The translations under genes and the position numbers were made by a program. A model generated the notes under the pieces. It was not told the DNA's origin. It did no database searches and saw only the letters and a list, made by a program, of their open reading frames with translations. A DNA stretch of 64,000 nucleotides from an uncultured Nitrospiraceae bacterium (GTDB taxonomy: Bacteria; Nitrospirota; Thermodesulfovibrionia; Thermodesulfovibrionales; SM23-35), in assembly GCA_963727775.1 (NCBI GenBank), contig CAVSHB010000002.1, forward strand, positions 64,001-128,000, read 5' to 3'. Numbering within the stretch: position 1 is the first letter of the stretch; the number at the start of each line of letters is the position of its first letter. Shown piece by piece: positions 49,499-58,667 of this stretch.

Positions 49499-49972
49499 CT
49501 ATATCTTCATATCCTTATCGCCTTTCTCTAAATTATGCAGGATTTTCAGAATAAGCTCATTCTGTTGTTCCAGATGCAAAAGAATTGCCTCAATTTCTCT
49601 TTCGGCTTTAACGTTTATTTCAAAATCGGATTCTGCTCTTATTTCAGCATGTCGCCCCTGAAGGTTTTGTCCTATCATAATTAAAGGCATTAAGAAAATC
49701 TGTATCATATTAGATATAAAAAGCCATAAGACAAAGGCAGGGAAAGGGTCAAACCGTAATTCTTTTGGGCCGAGAGTATTCCAACCAAGCCAGGCTATTG
49801 TCCATATGAAGATGATAATAAAAAACCCCATTGAACCAATATGATCAGTAATCCAGACTGCAAACTTATCCAATGGAGTGAGACTTTTCTTATGCTCGAC
49901 GTTGCTATTCTTTATCGGTTTACGCAGTTTTCTTAGTTCTTCATGAGATAATGGATGTGGTTTGTCGGTCAT
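49499..49972 (-). CDS. DUF1003 membrane protein
   Basis: GSMGF, FDPFP, PLIMIGQN. Confidence 0.88.
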   Translation of the reverse strand: MTDKPHPLSHEELRKLRKPIKNSNVEHKKSLTPLDKFAVWITDHIGSMGFFIIIFIWTIAWLGWNTLGPKELRFDPFPAFVLWLFISNMIQIFLMPLIMIGQNLQGRHAEIRAESDFEINVKAEREIEAILLHLEQQNELILKILHNLEKGDKDMKI

Positions 49973-50028
49973 TTCTACCCCCTATTGATATTTGAAGTTA
50001 ATATTGTAATCATTATAGCAGGTTCAAA

Positions 50029-50511
50029 TTACTTCACGGGTAGTTGTTCGATCCTCAAGCCTTTGAAGTATGTCTTGTAGAAACCACGATCTCTGGAGAG
50101 GAGAATTTCCGCATTGTGAAGTGCATGGGCGCCTATCATAAAATCACTAATGATGTGCTGCCTTATTTTAAGCGGGGATTTGCATGCCGGACAAGCAATG
50201 GATATGGATTTTCCACAGGAGGGGCATTGTATTTGAGCTTTCCTGTTTCGTCTATATTCCTTCCATGTTCTTCCCGCAAGACTCAAGACACGCTGATCAG
50301 ACGGTACGAGCCTTATCCCGGTGTCCGCAATGAAAGAACGTAATTCCTGTTCCTCTAAAAACTGCGAAGATAGTTCGGCATATACAAGTTCACAAATGAT
50401 CAGCTGACCCTTGGAAATATGCTGGTCGAGTAATTCTTTTGAAGATTTTAAGAAAGTCTCATCTGGAATAAGGATATCAAGCAGGATATTCGTATCTACC
50501 GCTGTTATCAT
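50029..50511 (-). CDS. vapC: VapC/PIN-domain toxin with zinc-ribbon insertion
   Basis: AVDTNILLD, ELVYAEL, SDFMIGAHA, LLSRD; CPSC...CPAC insert. Confidence 0.88.
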   Translation of the reverse strand: MITAVDTNILLDILIPDETFLKSSKELLDQHISKGQLIICELVYAELSSQFLEEQELRSFIADTGIRLVPSDQRVLSLAGRTWKEYRRNRKAQIQCPSCGKSISIACPACKSPLKIRQHIISDFMIGAHALHNAEILLSRDRGFYKTYFKGLRIEQLPVK

Positions 50512-50735
50512 TTCCCCCTCAATTCGTCTATTACAGCATCGGATTTCTCCCCCTTGCGCTGTTTAAGTTTCCCGATCCATTTATCGAAGGGGGATTTTCC
50601 AACAGTTTTTTTGATAATAAAAATACCGTTTTTTTCTTCAAACCCTATGCCTTCGCCTGGTTGCACTCCGAGTTTATCCCGCACTTGTTTGGGGATGGTG
50701 ATTTGTCCCTTGGATGTTACCTTCGCTGTTAGCAT
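50508..50735 (-). CDS. AbrB/MazE-family antitoxin
   Basis: KVTSKGQITIPKQVR; overlaps the vapC start. Confidence 0.9.
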   Translation of the reverse strand: MLTAKVTSKGQITIPKQVRDKLGVQPGEGIGFEEKNGIFIIKKTVGKSPFDKWIGKLKQRKGEKSDAVIDELRGK

Positions 50736-50914
50736 GCACACCTCCTGTAAGGAATACTATCCTTACTTTCATAGTAAGGCGTCAAACGTGTTTTGTCAAT
50801 GACATAAAAGTGGTCCTGAGATCACAAAATCTGGAAATACGAGCTTGCACAAACACCAGTGCAACCCTGCTATTCCGGCTACAAAGTGCATCTTGATATA
50901 AAGACATTTATCCC

Positions 50915-50943
50915 TTGACTAACAGACAAATATCTAATATAGT
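50915..50943 (+). promoter_or_regulatory. sigma70 promoter of the Xre-RES operon
   Basis: TTGACT-N17-TATAGT; repeats AGACATTTATC/AGACAAATATC overlap it. Confidence 0.55.
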
Positions 50944-50962
50944 ATTTAAAAGGAGAAGCTAA

Positions 50963-51418
50963 ATGACATTATCAGCAGCAAAAACCAAAACTACTGCGGT
51001 CCCAAAGGCGATCACAACGATCAAGGATCTGGGGACTCAAATTGCGGACAAAGATCGGATGCATGCCCTCATAAAACATGGGATGCCCATCCGTATAGCG
51101 GACAATCTTAAGTCGTTGCTGTCTCTTGGTGACAGCGATCTTGCTCAGATTCTTGGTATAACATCAAAGACCCTTCAGCGAAAGCGCAAGGCGCGTACAA
51201 CGTTAACACCGGTAGAAAGTGACCGTCTCTATCGAGTTCAATCAATTTTCGCACTGGCGGTTAAGGTTCTTGGTACCCTTGAGGATGCAAAGGAATGGCT
51301 TAGCACACCACAGATTGACATAGGAGACCGTGTGCCACTCGAACTTCTTACCACATCAGCAGGGTCGTCTCTCGTTGAGGAAGTACTGAACCGCATGGAA
51401 TACGGTATTCTTGCTTGA
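50963..51418 (+). CDS. Xre/MbcA/ParS-family antitoxin
   Basis: HTH, ESDRLYR, AKEWL..P...G..PLELL. Confidence 0.9.
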   Translation: MTLSAAKTKTTAVPKAITTIKDLGTQIADKDRMHALIKHGMPIRIADNLKSLLSLGDSDLAQILGITSKTLQRKRKARTTLTPVESDRLYRVQSIFALAVKVLGTLEDAKEWLSTPQIDIGDRVPLELLTTSAGSSLVEEVLNRMEYGILA

Positions 51419-51873
51419 TCAGAGTCTGGCATATAGGTAAAAAAGACTACGCCAATGAATTTTGGTCCGGCAAGGGAGCTTTTTACTGGGGTGGTCGCTG
51501 GACACCGAAAGGTTATCCGGTGGTTTACACAAGTGAAAGCAAGGCACTGGCTCTTTTGGAAATTCTCATTCGTTTCAAACGCCAAACTGCCAGTAAACTT
51601 CATTGGGCGATAGGATATGCTGACATTCCCGACTACACTATCTACACCCCTCCTGAAAAAGACCTTCCCGCAGACTGGCGAACCTATCCATATCCTCCCA
51701 CGACAGAGGCGTTTGGGCTATCGTGGCTAAAGACAGCAAAATATGCTGTTCTGTCAGTTCCGTCCGCATTAGAACCAACATCTCGAAACTACCTCATCAA
51801 TGTCCAACATCCGGCCGCCGGCAAAATCCGCTTTAGTAGCATACAAGACTATCTTCTCGATCACAGAGCGTAA
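51415..51873 (+). CDS. RES-domain toxin (NAD+ phosphorylase-like)
   Basis: GGRW, VVYTSE..ALALLE, VPS, NYLIN.QHP. Confidence 0.9.
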   Translation: MIRVWHIGKKDYANEFWSGKGAFYWGGRWTPKGYPVVYTSESKALALLEILIRFKRQTASKLHWAIGYADIPDYTIYTPPEKDLPADWRTYPYPPTTEAFGLSWLKTAKYAVLSVPSALEPTSRNYLINVQHPAAGKIRFSSIQDYLLDHRA

Positions 51874-52114
51874 GGGAAACAAATACAGTAGACGCACTCA
51901 ATACCCGATATCATCCATATACCGGAGGGAGAAGAAGGATCGATAGCATTGTACAGAATCCTGAACCCGGAGAAATTGACACTCGATGAAGCAATTGTTC
52001 TAATTGGCTTCTCAGGATGCACCCTATTAAGTGCCGCTCACTTGACAAGATGTAAGCGTTCAAGTACCATTAATTATGTTAACATAACCATATATTATGG
52101 TAATGGGAGAGGTG

Positions 52115-52444
52115 ATGCTTGAAGGAGTTTTTGGAAATATAACAATTGAAAGAATACTCTTTACGCTCATTGTGTATGGAGAAGGGTATCCCCTCGGGAT
52201 GGCGAAGAACTTTGTTGAACCGGTGAACAGGTTTCAACAGCAGTTGAGGCGGCTCGAAAACGCCGGGGTAGTAGTGAGCCGTCTTATAGGCAAGGTAAGG
52301 ATATACACTTTTAATCCCAGATATCCCTTTCTTGACGAGTTGAAAGCTCTGCTGGAGAAAGCCTATGAATTTCTTCCTGATAAAGAAAAAAAAGCTTACT
52401 ACAGTGGGCGTACAAGACCGAGAAGAGCCGGCAAGCCCCTGTGA
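52115..52444 (+). CDS. Winged-helix (ArsR-like) DNA-binding protein
   Basis: QQQLRRLENAGVVVSR..GKVRIYTFNPRYPF. Confidence 0.8.
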   Translation: MLEGVFGNITIERILFTLIVYGEGYPLGMAKNFVEPVNRFQQQLRRLENAGVVVSRLIGKVRIYTFNPRYPFLDELKALLEKAYEFLPDKEKKAYYSGRTRPRRAGKPL

Positions 52445-52637
52445 AGAAGGTCATACAATAAAATATCATGTCTTTCTGAAGAGGGTGCGAAAAAAAGACT
52501 GATGACCTTTTGACTATTTGTTTGCTGAACTTGCTTATCAGGACGGGTAAAAAAGTGATTTGAAATTCCACAGCTAAGAATCAAAAGTCAATAAGCAAGT
52601 CTGACCCTGTAATTTGTTCCTCCTGGATTTTCCGCAC

Positions 52638-52895
52638 TCATTCTCCGAAAGTCATTCGGGCAAGTTGTTTCTTTAATTCTTGCTGTTCTTTCGCGTCTGT
52701 TGATGTGCTTAGCTGATCTGCCAATTCGAAGAATCTGCGTTTCTCCTCTTCTTTTGATCGCAATCCAGTTTCAATGAGTTCTACGAGTATCCGATTCGAA
52801 CTCACTTTTCGGCTTTTCGCCAAGGCCTTCACGCGTTTAGCTATCGGAGAAGGGAGAGAGACGCTCTGGCGAACTGCTTTTTCAGTTATACCCAT
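52638..52895 (-). CDS. Ribbon-helix-helix (CopG-like) protein, orphan antitoxin-like
   Basis: RQSVSLP...VKALAK...SSNRILVELIE. Confidence 0.75.
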   Translation of the reverse strand: MGITEKAVRQSVSLPSPIAKRVKALAKSRKVSSNRILVELIETGLRSKEEEKRRFFELADQLSTSTDAKEQQELKKQLARMTFGE

Positions 52896-53181
52896 AAAAT
52901 AATTATACACCATTTTGCATCAGAATGCACCATTCTGAAAGTAGCGCTCAGGGGAAAAGGTCCTGATTGATGTTGAACGGCTTCGAAGTTTGACCCGTTA
53001 TCGGCAGCTCAATTGGATTCAGTCCTTGAATCATTGGGCCTTTAGCGTAGATGGTAGGTCAATTTTCAATGCCGCTTTACAAGTTACATGAATTTGGCAC
53101 AATTTTGAAGCAAAACGAGCCTAAAAAAGGGCAATATATCCTTGCTGAAGCGGCATATATTTTCGCACAGTAATAAAAGAT

Positions 53182-53203
53182 TGGTGGCGGCGCAGGGATT
53201 TGA
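53182..53203 (-). other. att site: duplicated tRNA 3' end (possibly tRNA-Met)
   Basis: Minus strand TCAAATCCCTGCGCCGCCACCA gives T-loop, T-stem, acceptor 3' strand and CCA; no 5' half of a tRNA next to it. Confidence 0.8.
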
Positions 53204-53295
53204 CACCACCGATTTCCCTTCCGTATAAAATCCCTTTAATTACAATGTGTTACACTCATAGGCTAATTTAGGTTCGGTCTGAAAATCGTTGAAAA

Positions 53296-53318
53296 GTGAC
53301 CTAATTGGTGACCTAATT
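53296..53318. repeat. Tandem 11-bp direct repeat GTGACCTAATT (integrase arm-site-like)
   Basis: Two perfect copies 1 bp apart, ~90 bp from the att core. Confidence 0.6.
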
Positions 53319-53406
53319 TTACCAGATTAGTACCCGTTTACTCCATAAGAAATTATTACTGGTTTACAAGAAAAATTTCTGCTAATTTTAGAGTATATTT
53401 TCTATG

Positions 53407-53715
53407 TCAGGCAACCTTCTTATTCTTAGGCGTGGATGGAATTATCTTCTGCAAATCTTTATTTATTTTCCTTTTCTTTTCCTCAATGTCGTATGCAGTT
53501 TGAAGGTTAATCCAGAATTCAGGGGAATTACCAAAGTATTGTGAAAATCTGAGGGCTGTGTCTACTGTGATACTTCTTTTCCCACGGATAATTTCACTTA
53601 CACGTGTTTGGTCAATGCCTGTAGCCTTTGCCAGTCGATAGGATGTGATACCCATGGCGACAAGGAAATCTTCTTCTAAAATTTCACCAGGGTGTATATT
53701 TGGTATTCTTTTCAT
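53407..53715 (-). CDS. higA: HigA antitoxin
   Basis: IHPGEILEEDFL, TALR, EFWINLQ. Confidence 0.93.
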   Translation of the reverse strand: MKRIPNIHPGEILEEDFLVAMGITSYRLAKATGIDQTRVSEIIRGKRSITVDTALRFSQYFGNSPEFWINLQTAYDIEEKKRKINKDLQKIIPSTPKNKKVA

Positions 53716-53942
53716 AATTTCTCCTTTTTAATTGTGATAATCTACAATTTCCACGTCAAAAGCATTTCCATTTTCCCACCTAAAACATATTCTAAATTGG
53801 TCATTTATGTTTATACTGTGTTGTCCTTTTCTATCTCCCTTTAATGGGTGTAATTTATTCCCTGGTAATATTCTTAAATCTTGCAAGGTAATAGCCGCAT
53901 GGATATGACGGAGTTTCTTTCTTGCATTCCTTTGTATTTCAA

Positions 53943-55788
53943 CGTATTTTCTTTTTAAAAACTACGAGGAACTCCATATGCTGCAATGATTTGAAGGCGA
54001 TTTCTAATTTCAAGAAAATGGCTACAATTTTACCTTGAGCAGATCAAGAATCTTTTGCTGACTGTTATCCGGGGTGCAAACAATTCGGCACGAAGAGCCC
54101 TGCACTTGAAGTCTCTGCCTTCTCAGGCTCTTTAATCTCTCAATCACATACTCAAATGTCCATCTGCGGTGTTTATTTTTTCCGTCAGACTGAAACAGAG
54201 GCTTTAGTCTCTGATTCATATGCCACTGCAAGTAGTAGGCAAGCATGCAAAGAAACACATGACAGCGGATTCGGTCGTCGGTCTTGTGATAAACGGGCCG
54301 CACCTCAAGCTGTACGCTCTTTAAGTTCCGAAACGCCTGTTCTACAAGAGCAAGCTTTTTATATGATGCCACTATTGCCTGCTTTGCCATCAGCCCGGCA
54401 GGAACATCGGAGGCAATGATGTAACAGCCGTCAATCAATTCCTCAGTCTCGATCTTCTCTGTTTTTAATTTCCATGTGAGACGTCCATCCTGTACTGACC
54501 ACTCTACAAATTTACCTGTCTTCCACTTTCCCAGAACCTTCCCCACCCTTGCCGCTATCTTCTCGTTTGACGACTTCCGTTTTGATTGGGCTATGCTATC
54601 CAATGCCTTTCTGGTGACCTCAATCAAGCCTTTGCGTGTCACAGCTTCCCTTGTAGCGGTCTTTGGATTGCGGCATAAGCAGTATCGCCGTCCTATCGCC
54701 TCAGGATCCACTACTTCAATAATCTCCTTTTCATCAAACATATCGATCTGAATCACCTTGCGTTCCAGTAGCTCTTTTATCTGGTGGTGTGTTAATGCCG
54801 ATATTATATTGAGCCCTTTTACATCCTTAACCTTTTCGTAATTGGCATGAGTAACCATTCCACGATCACCTACAAAGATTATCTCCTGGATCCCATATTT
54901 TTTCTGCACCTCAGCTATTTTATCGGGTACCGTTTGAGCATCCTGAGTATTCCCAGGGAAAACTTCCACACCCACAGGGCACCCCTCGGGACTGCAAAGC
55001 AGCCCTATCACCATCTGTTCATGCCCCCGCTTGCCGTCCCGGTTATATCCGAATTTAACGATCTCACTGTCTTCATACTCGCCCTCAAAATAACTGCTGG
55101 TTATATCGTAAAGCACAAGCGCGCCGTTTCGGAGATGCTTTTTCGCCAATGTACTTTGGATGGCATCCTGCCTCTGTAAAAGACGATCCATAGGCTCATA
55201 ACAATGCTTATCTACGTCAACCGGCCCTTCTATCCCGCAGAGTTCCCATAATGCCGTGTCCTCCCATCTGTGCGATAAAGCCAGCTTGCTGCCGCTATAT
55301 ACTAAACGGCCGATTATCATGGCAAGACAGTCTTTAACCCACTGCTCGGAATATCTCGAATAAATCATCTTGTCCAACTCTAATTCCTTCGCCAACTGCA
55401 ATACCGCATAGGAAGCGCCGTACTCTTTCGATTCCGCGATTTTGTGAGCGTCGGCTGAACCCTTTACCAGCACATCGCCCCTGAAGGCGGCCTGTATGAG
55501 CTTTAGTTGTTCAAGACTCATATCCTTAATGGTCCCATGTGTCGTGTGCCTGATTTCGCCCTTCTCACGGAAGGTAGTGCGAATAACGCCGTAGTGCTTA
55601 TTGCCGGAAGTCTGTATTTCGAGATGGGGGCGTGGCTTCTTTTTAAATGGCATGGCTACTATTATAGGATATGATTACCACTATGTCAACTATAAAATGC
55701 TATATTATATGGCTACATTTGAAAGCCAAATACACGGTAATCTATTGTAATATAAGCATTTATGGGTGTTTTCATAAAAGAAAATACG
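53943..55788 (-). mobile_element. IS1634-family insertion sequence (1846 bp)
   Basis: 13-bp TIR CGTATTTTCTTTT; 6-bp TSD TTTCAA at 53937-53942 and 55789-55794. Confidence 0.92.
54022..55653 (-). CDS. IS1634-family DDE transposase
   Basis: LYDITSSYFEG, FGYNRDGK, GDRGM, VEQAFRNLKS, RPVYH...RIRCHVFLC. Confidence 0.93.
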   Translation of the reverse strand: MPFKKKPRPHLEIQTSGNKHYGVIRTTFREKGEIRHTTHGTIKDMSLEQLKLIQAAFRGDVLVKGSADAHKIAESKEYGASYAVLQLAKELELDKMIYSRYSEQWVKDCLAMIIGRLVYSGSKLALSHRWEDTALWELCGIEGPVDVDKHCYEPMDRLLQRQDAIQSTLAKKHLRNGALVLYDITSSYFEGEYEDSEIVKFGYNRDGKRGHEQMVIGLLCSPEGCPVGVEVFPGNTQDAQTVPDKIAEVQKKYGIQEIIFVGDRGMVTHANYEKVKDVKGLNIISALTHHQIKELLERKVIQIDMFDEKEIIEVVDPEAIGRRYCLCRNPKTATREAVTRKGLIEVTRKALDSIAQSKRKSSNEKIAARVGKVLGKWKTGKFVEWSVQDGRLTWKLKTEKIETEELIDGCYIIASDVPAGLMAKQAIVASYKKLALVEQAFRNLKSVQLEVRPVYHKTDDRIRCHVFLCMLAYYLQWHMNQRLKPLFQSDGKNKHRRWTFEYVIERLKSLRRQRLQVQGSSCRIVCTPDNSQQKILDLLKVKL

Positions 55789-55870
55789 TTTCAAACGGGA
55801 ACTTCTTTGAAAATTCACCTTCCCATATTATCTGTGTTTCCTTGTCTTTCCATGACAGAATCATAATTTA

Positions 55871-55899
55871 ATAGTAGTGGATTAGAATACTATTGTCAA
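55871..55899 (-). promoter_or_regulatory. higBA promoter with palindromic operator
   Basis: TTGACA-N17-TACTAT overlapped by inverted repeat AATAGTA...TACTATT. Confidence 0.65.
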
Positions 55900-56123
55900 G
55901 CGTGATTACGCACAATGTCTATGAGGAATCTCTCAGGATGGGTTAAACAGGTGGGACAAAGGAATCCTTTGTTTGCGTCTGTTTTAAATCTACCCTTGCA
56001 CTTAGGGCATTTACCTTCTGCTCTGATACCTTTCAATGATAGCCCCCATAAATTTACTGTCTCAGGGGACCAATGATCCTGATCTGGTGCTGTATTTGTC
56101 AACTGCTGTTGCTTTTTTTGCAC
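55896..56123 (-). pseudogene. Zinc-ribbon fragment, probably the N-terminus of a decayed integrase
   Basis: GIRAEGKCPKC...CPTC..HPERFLIDI ends abruptly at the higBA promoter. Confidence 0.45.
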
Positions 56124-56236
56124 AGGTCAACTTTTCGGTCGACCTGAGAGAAAGTGTCAGCAAAAAAAGCCAAGCACGCAACAGGCTTAAAACCTACTTC
56201 TCCTTTAAAAAATTCCGTTAATGACGGTTTTGTTAT

Positions 56237-56750
56237 TTATTCCTTTACTTTTTTGGGGAATCTACTGTTATACTGCTCAGAACTTTTCCTCATCAATTCA
56301 GCCACGTCATATTTGTACTTCAATCTTTCCTCAATTATTGAACAGTATTCAGAAGATATTTCAATCCCTACATAAGCACGATTTAATGTCTGTGCCATGA
56401 CACAGCTTGTACCAGACCCAGCCATAATATCTAAGACTGTTTCAAATTCATTACTGAATGTTCTTATGATGTCAAACGCTAAGATGTCAGGCATAATAGC
56501 TGGGTGAAGGTATGCTGTGGCATCCTTGGACGAATAGTTTTTACCCGTATAGTACCTCCACACATTGTCACGAGGACTGAATTCTGGTACGGGTTTCCTC
56601 TCAAATGAGACTAAATCACCGTTAGCAAGCCTTTTCGATGCCTTCCCGAAACCAGTTGTGCCCGCACAAGTATTCCTTTTGTCAGAAATCAAATTCACTG
56701 TTTTGGGTTTCCCTTTGCTAAATATATAAACAGGCTCAATTACACTGGAG
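56237..56750 (-). pseudogene. 5'-truncated beta-class N4-C/N6-A DNA methyltransferase
   Basis: HPAIMP, VLDIMAGSGTS, VGIEISSEY; no catalytic (S/D)PPY region; abuts the IS3 end. Confidence 0.85.
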
Positions 56751-56784
56751 TGACCTCGGATGTCAATAGTGGACACCAAACCTT

Positions 56785-57645
56785 TCATGCTGCCAGCTCT
56801 CGTGCATAGAATTGATACTCATAAGCAACTGGGGATAGATATCCAAGTCTTGCCTGTCGGCGCTGCCTGTTGTAGAAGATCTCGATATATTCCGTGATAT
56901 CCTGCACTGCCTCTTGTCTGTTCCTGTAGCGTCTGTGATGGACAAGCTCCTGCTTCAGCGTGCCCCAGAAACTCTCCATCGGGGCATTGTCATAGCAATT
57001 CCCTTTTCTACTCATTGATGCCGTCATGCCGAACTGATTAAGAAGCTTCCGATAATCATGAGCACAATATTGGCTCCCGCGATCCGAGTGATGAATCAGC
57101 CCCTTCCCTGGACGCTTCGCTGCAACGGCACGGAATAAAGACTGACTTACAAGGCTCTTCGTTATCCGTTCTCCCATTGCGTATCCGACTATCTCACCGT
57201 TAAAAAGATCCTTGTGCGCGGCAAGGTACAGCCATCCTTCATCGGTCCAAACATATGTTATATCGCTCAACCATGCCATGTTCGGCCTGGATACTTCAAA
57301 CTGCTGGTCCAGTAGGTTCTCAGCCACCGGAAGCGTATGTTTTGAGTCAGTTGTAGTTTTGAATTTCTTCGTCTGCTTACAGCGTATACCGAGCTTCTTC
57401 CTGAGTCGCTTGATCCGGCAAACACCCACTGCAATACCGTTGTCTGCCAAATCCTTCTGTAATCTCTCAGCGCCGCATACCCGCCGTGTCCTCTTATGTG
57501 CAGCCTTAATCTCAACCTCCAAGCGGGCGTCTTCCTGCCCCCGCTTAGAAAGCGGCCTTGTCACGTGTGCATAGTATCCGCTTGCCGATACGTTATATAT
57601 CCGGCACATCAGCGGCACTGAATATTGAAGTCGCATTTCTTTCAT
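56785..57645 (-). CDS. IS3 OrfB (DDE transposase)
   Basis: WLSDITY, HHSDRGSQY, GNCYDNAPMESFW. Confidence 0.95.
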   Translation of the reverse strand: MKEMRLQYSVPLMCRIYNVSASGYYAHVTRPLSKRGQEDARLEVEIKAAHKRTRRVCGAERLQKDLADNGIAVGVCRIKRLRKKLGIRCKQTKKFKTTTDSKHTLPVAENLLDQQFEVSRPNMAWLSDITYVWTDEGWLYLAAHKDLFNGEIVGYAMGERITKSLVSQSLFRAVAAKRPGKGLIHHSDRGSQYCAHDYRKLLNQFGMTASMSRKGNCYDNAPMESFWGTLKQELVHHRRYRNRQEAVQDITEYIEIFYNRQRRQARLGYLSPVAYEYQFYARELAA

Positions 57646-57959
57646 TAGCGCGTACCGGGCAGCGACTCCTTCGCAAAGTACGCGGCAGCTTTTTTTAGCA
57701 GATCACGCTCCATTCTCGTCTCTACCAGCTCTTTCTTTACCCTTGCCAGTTCCATCTCTAGCTCCGTCAGTGGCTTCTGTGTCTTGCCTATATCTTCCAG
57801 CTTGCCAGCTTTATGCGCCTTGACCCAGTTCCCTAACGTCGAGGGCGGCAATGACAGCCGGTGAGCTGCCTCCAGCAACGATATACCCCCGGCTAACACC
57901 ATCTTCACTGCCTCCCCACGAAACTCCTTCGTGTAACGTCCCTGCGGAATCCCTTTCAT
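57645..57959 (-). CDS. IS3 OrfA (HTH)
   Basis: YTKEFRGEAVK, TLGNWVK, ERDLLKKAAAYF; A7G slippery site at 57696-57689. Confidence 0.92.
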   Translation of the reverse strand: MKGIPQGRYTKEFRGEAVKMVLAGGISLLEAAHRLSLPPSTLGNWVKAHKAGKLEDIGKTQKPLTELEMELARVKKELVETRMERDLLKKAAAYFAKESLPGTR

Positions 57960-58100
57960 TCTGACACCTCCGTCTTTCATTTATTTTATCTGACTTTGGT
58001 GTCCACTTTTTCCATCCTACATCAGTTCACCAAGGAGATGATTACGGCATAATTTATCAGGAGGGATGTCCCATATTCTCATAGTGGAGAAGTCTCATGA

Positions 58101-58595
58101 TTAATCAAATCTTCCATCAGCTTTTTTGGTATACGCCCTCACTGCTTTCCGTGATAACCAGCCTATTGCTTTAGTACTCCTGATATCAAAGTCTGGAACA
58201 TAAGGCTTTATATCCAGCAAAGGTGTTCCGTCCAATATATCCAGATCTTCAACATGGAGTATGTTGCCCTGAACCCTCAGTAGCCTGACAATGGACATCC
58301 CTATAGCATTTGGGCGTTTCGGTGCCCTTGTAGAAAACACCCCCCGCAGACTGTCATCCAGAAATGGCTTTACCTCAAGTGAATAACCTTTGGAGTAATG
58401 GAAATGATAAATCAGGATAATATATTCAAATCCGCCAATGTCTTTTAATCCATCTGCATACTTCTTCTTTACCTCAACGGTTCCCCCAATTCCTTTTGCC
58501 CCTGTCGGCTGTATAGGCATTCCCTTAATGTCTTTATGAGGCGAGTGAATTATCCCGATTGGATAGTATATTATCTCTTTAGGAATCTTGTTCAT
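58101..58595 (-). CDS. tsaA: TsaA/TrmO-family tRNA m6t6A37 methyltransferase-like protein
   Basis: PIGIIHSP, GVFSTRAPKRPNAIG, LDILDGTPLLDIKPY. Confidence 0.9.
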   Translation of the reverse strand: MNKIPKEIIYYPIGIIHSPHKDIKGMPIQPTGAKGIGGTVEVKKKYADGLKDIGGFEYIILIYHFHYSKGYSLEVKPFLDDSLRGVFSTRAPKRPNAIGMSIVRLLRVQGNILHVEDLDILDGTPLLDIKPYVPDFDIRSTKAIGWLSRKAVRAYTKKADGRFD

Positions 58596-58667
58596 GGCTG
58601 TATTTTACTATAATGCGAGTGGTGAAGTTGAAACTGCGTTATGACATAATACTTATGAGGTGTACTA

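Larger units (their letters stand above)
53728..55864 (-). pseudogene. higB: HigB toxin interrupted by IS1634 (5' part 55864-55789, 3' part 53936-53728)
   Basis: Joined pieces give 94 aa, MILSWKDKETQIIWEGEFSKKFPFEIQRNARKKL...GQHSININDQFRICFRW...EIVDYHN. Confidence 0.9.
56751..58024 (-). mobile_element. IS3-family insertion sequence (1274 bp)
   Basis: TG...CA ends with imperfect TIR TGA-N4-GGATG-N5-AGTGGACACCAAA; orfA/orfB; no TSD. Confidence 0.92.

Noticed and set aside
53140..53260. Intact tRNA gene
   Set aside because: Only the last 22 nt are present, with no D-arm, anticodon arm or 5' acceptor strand.
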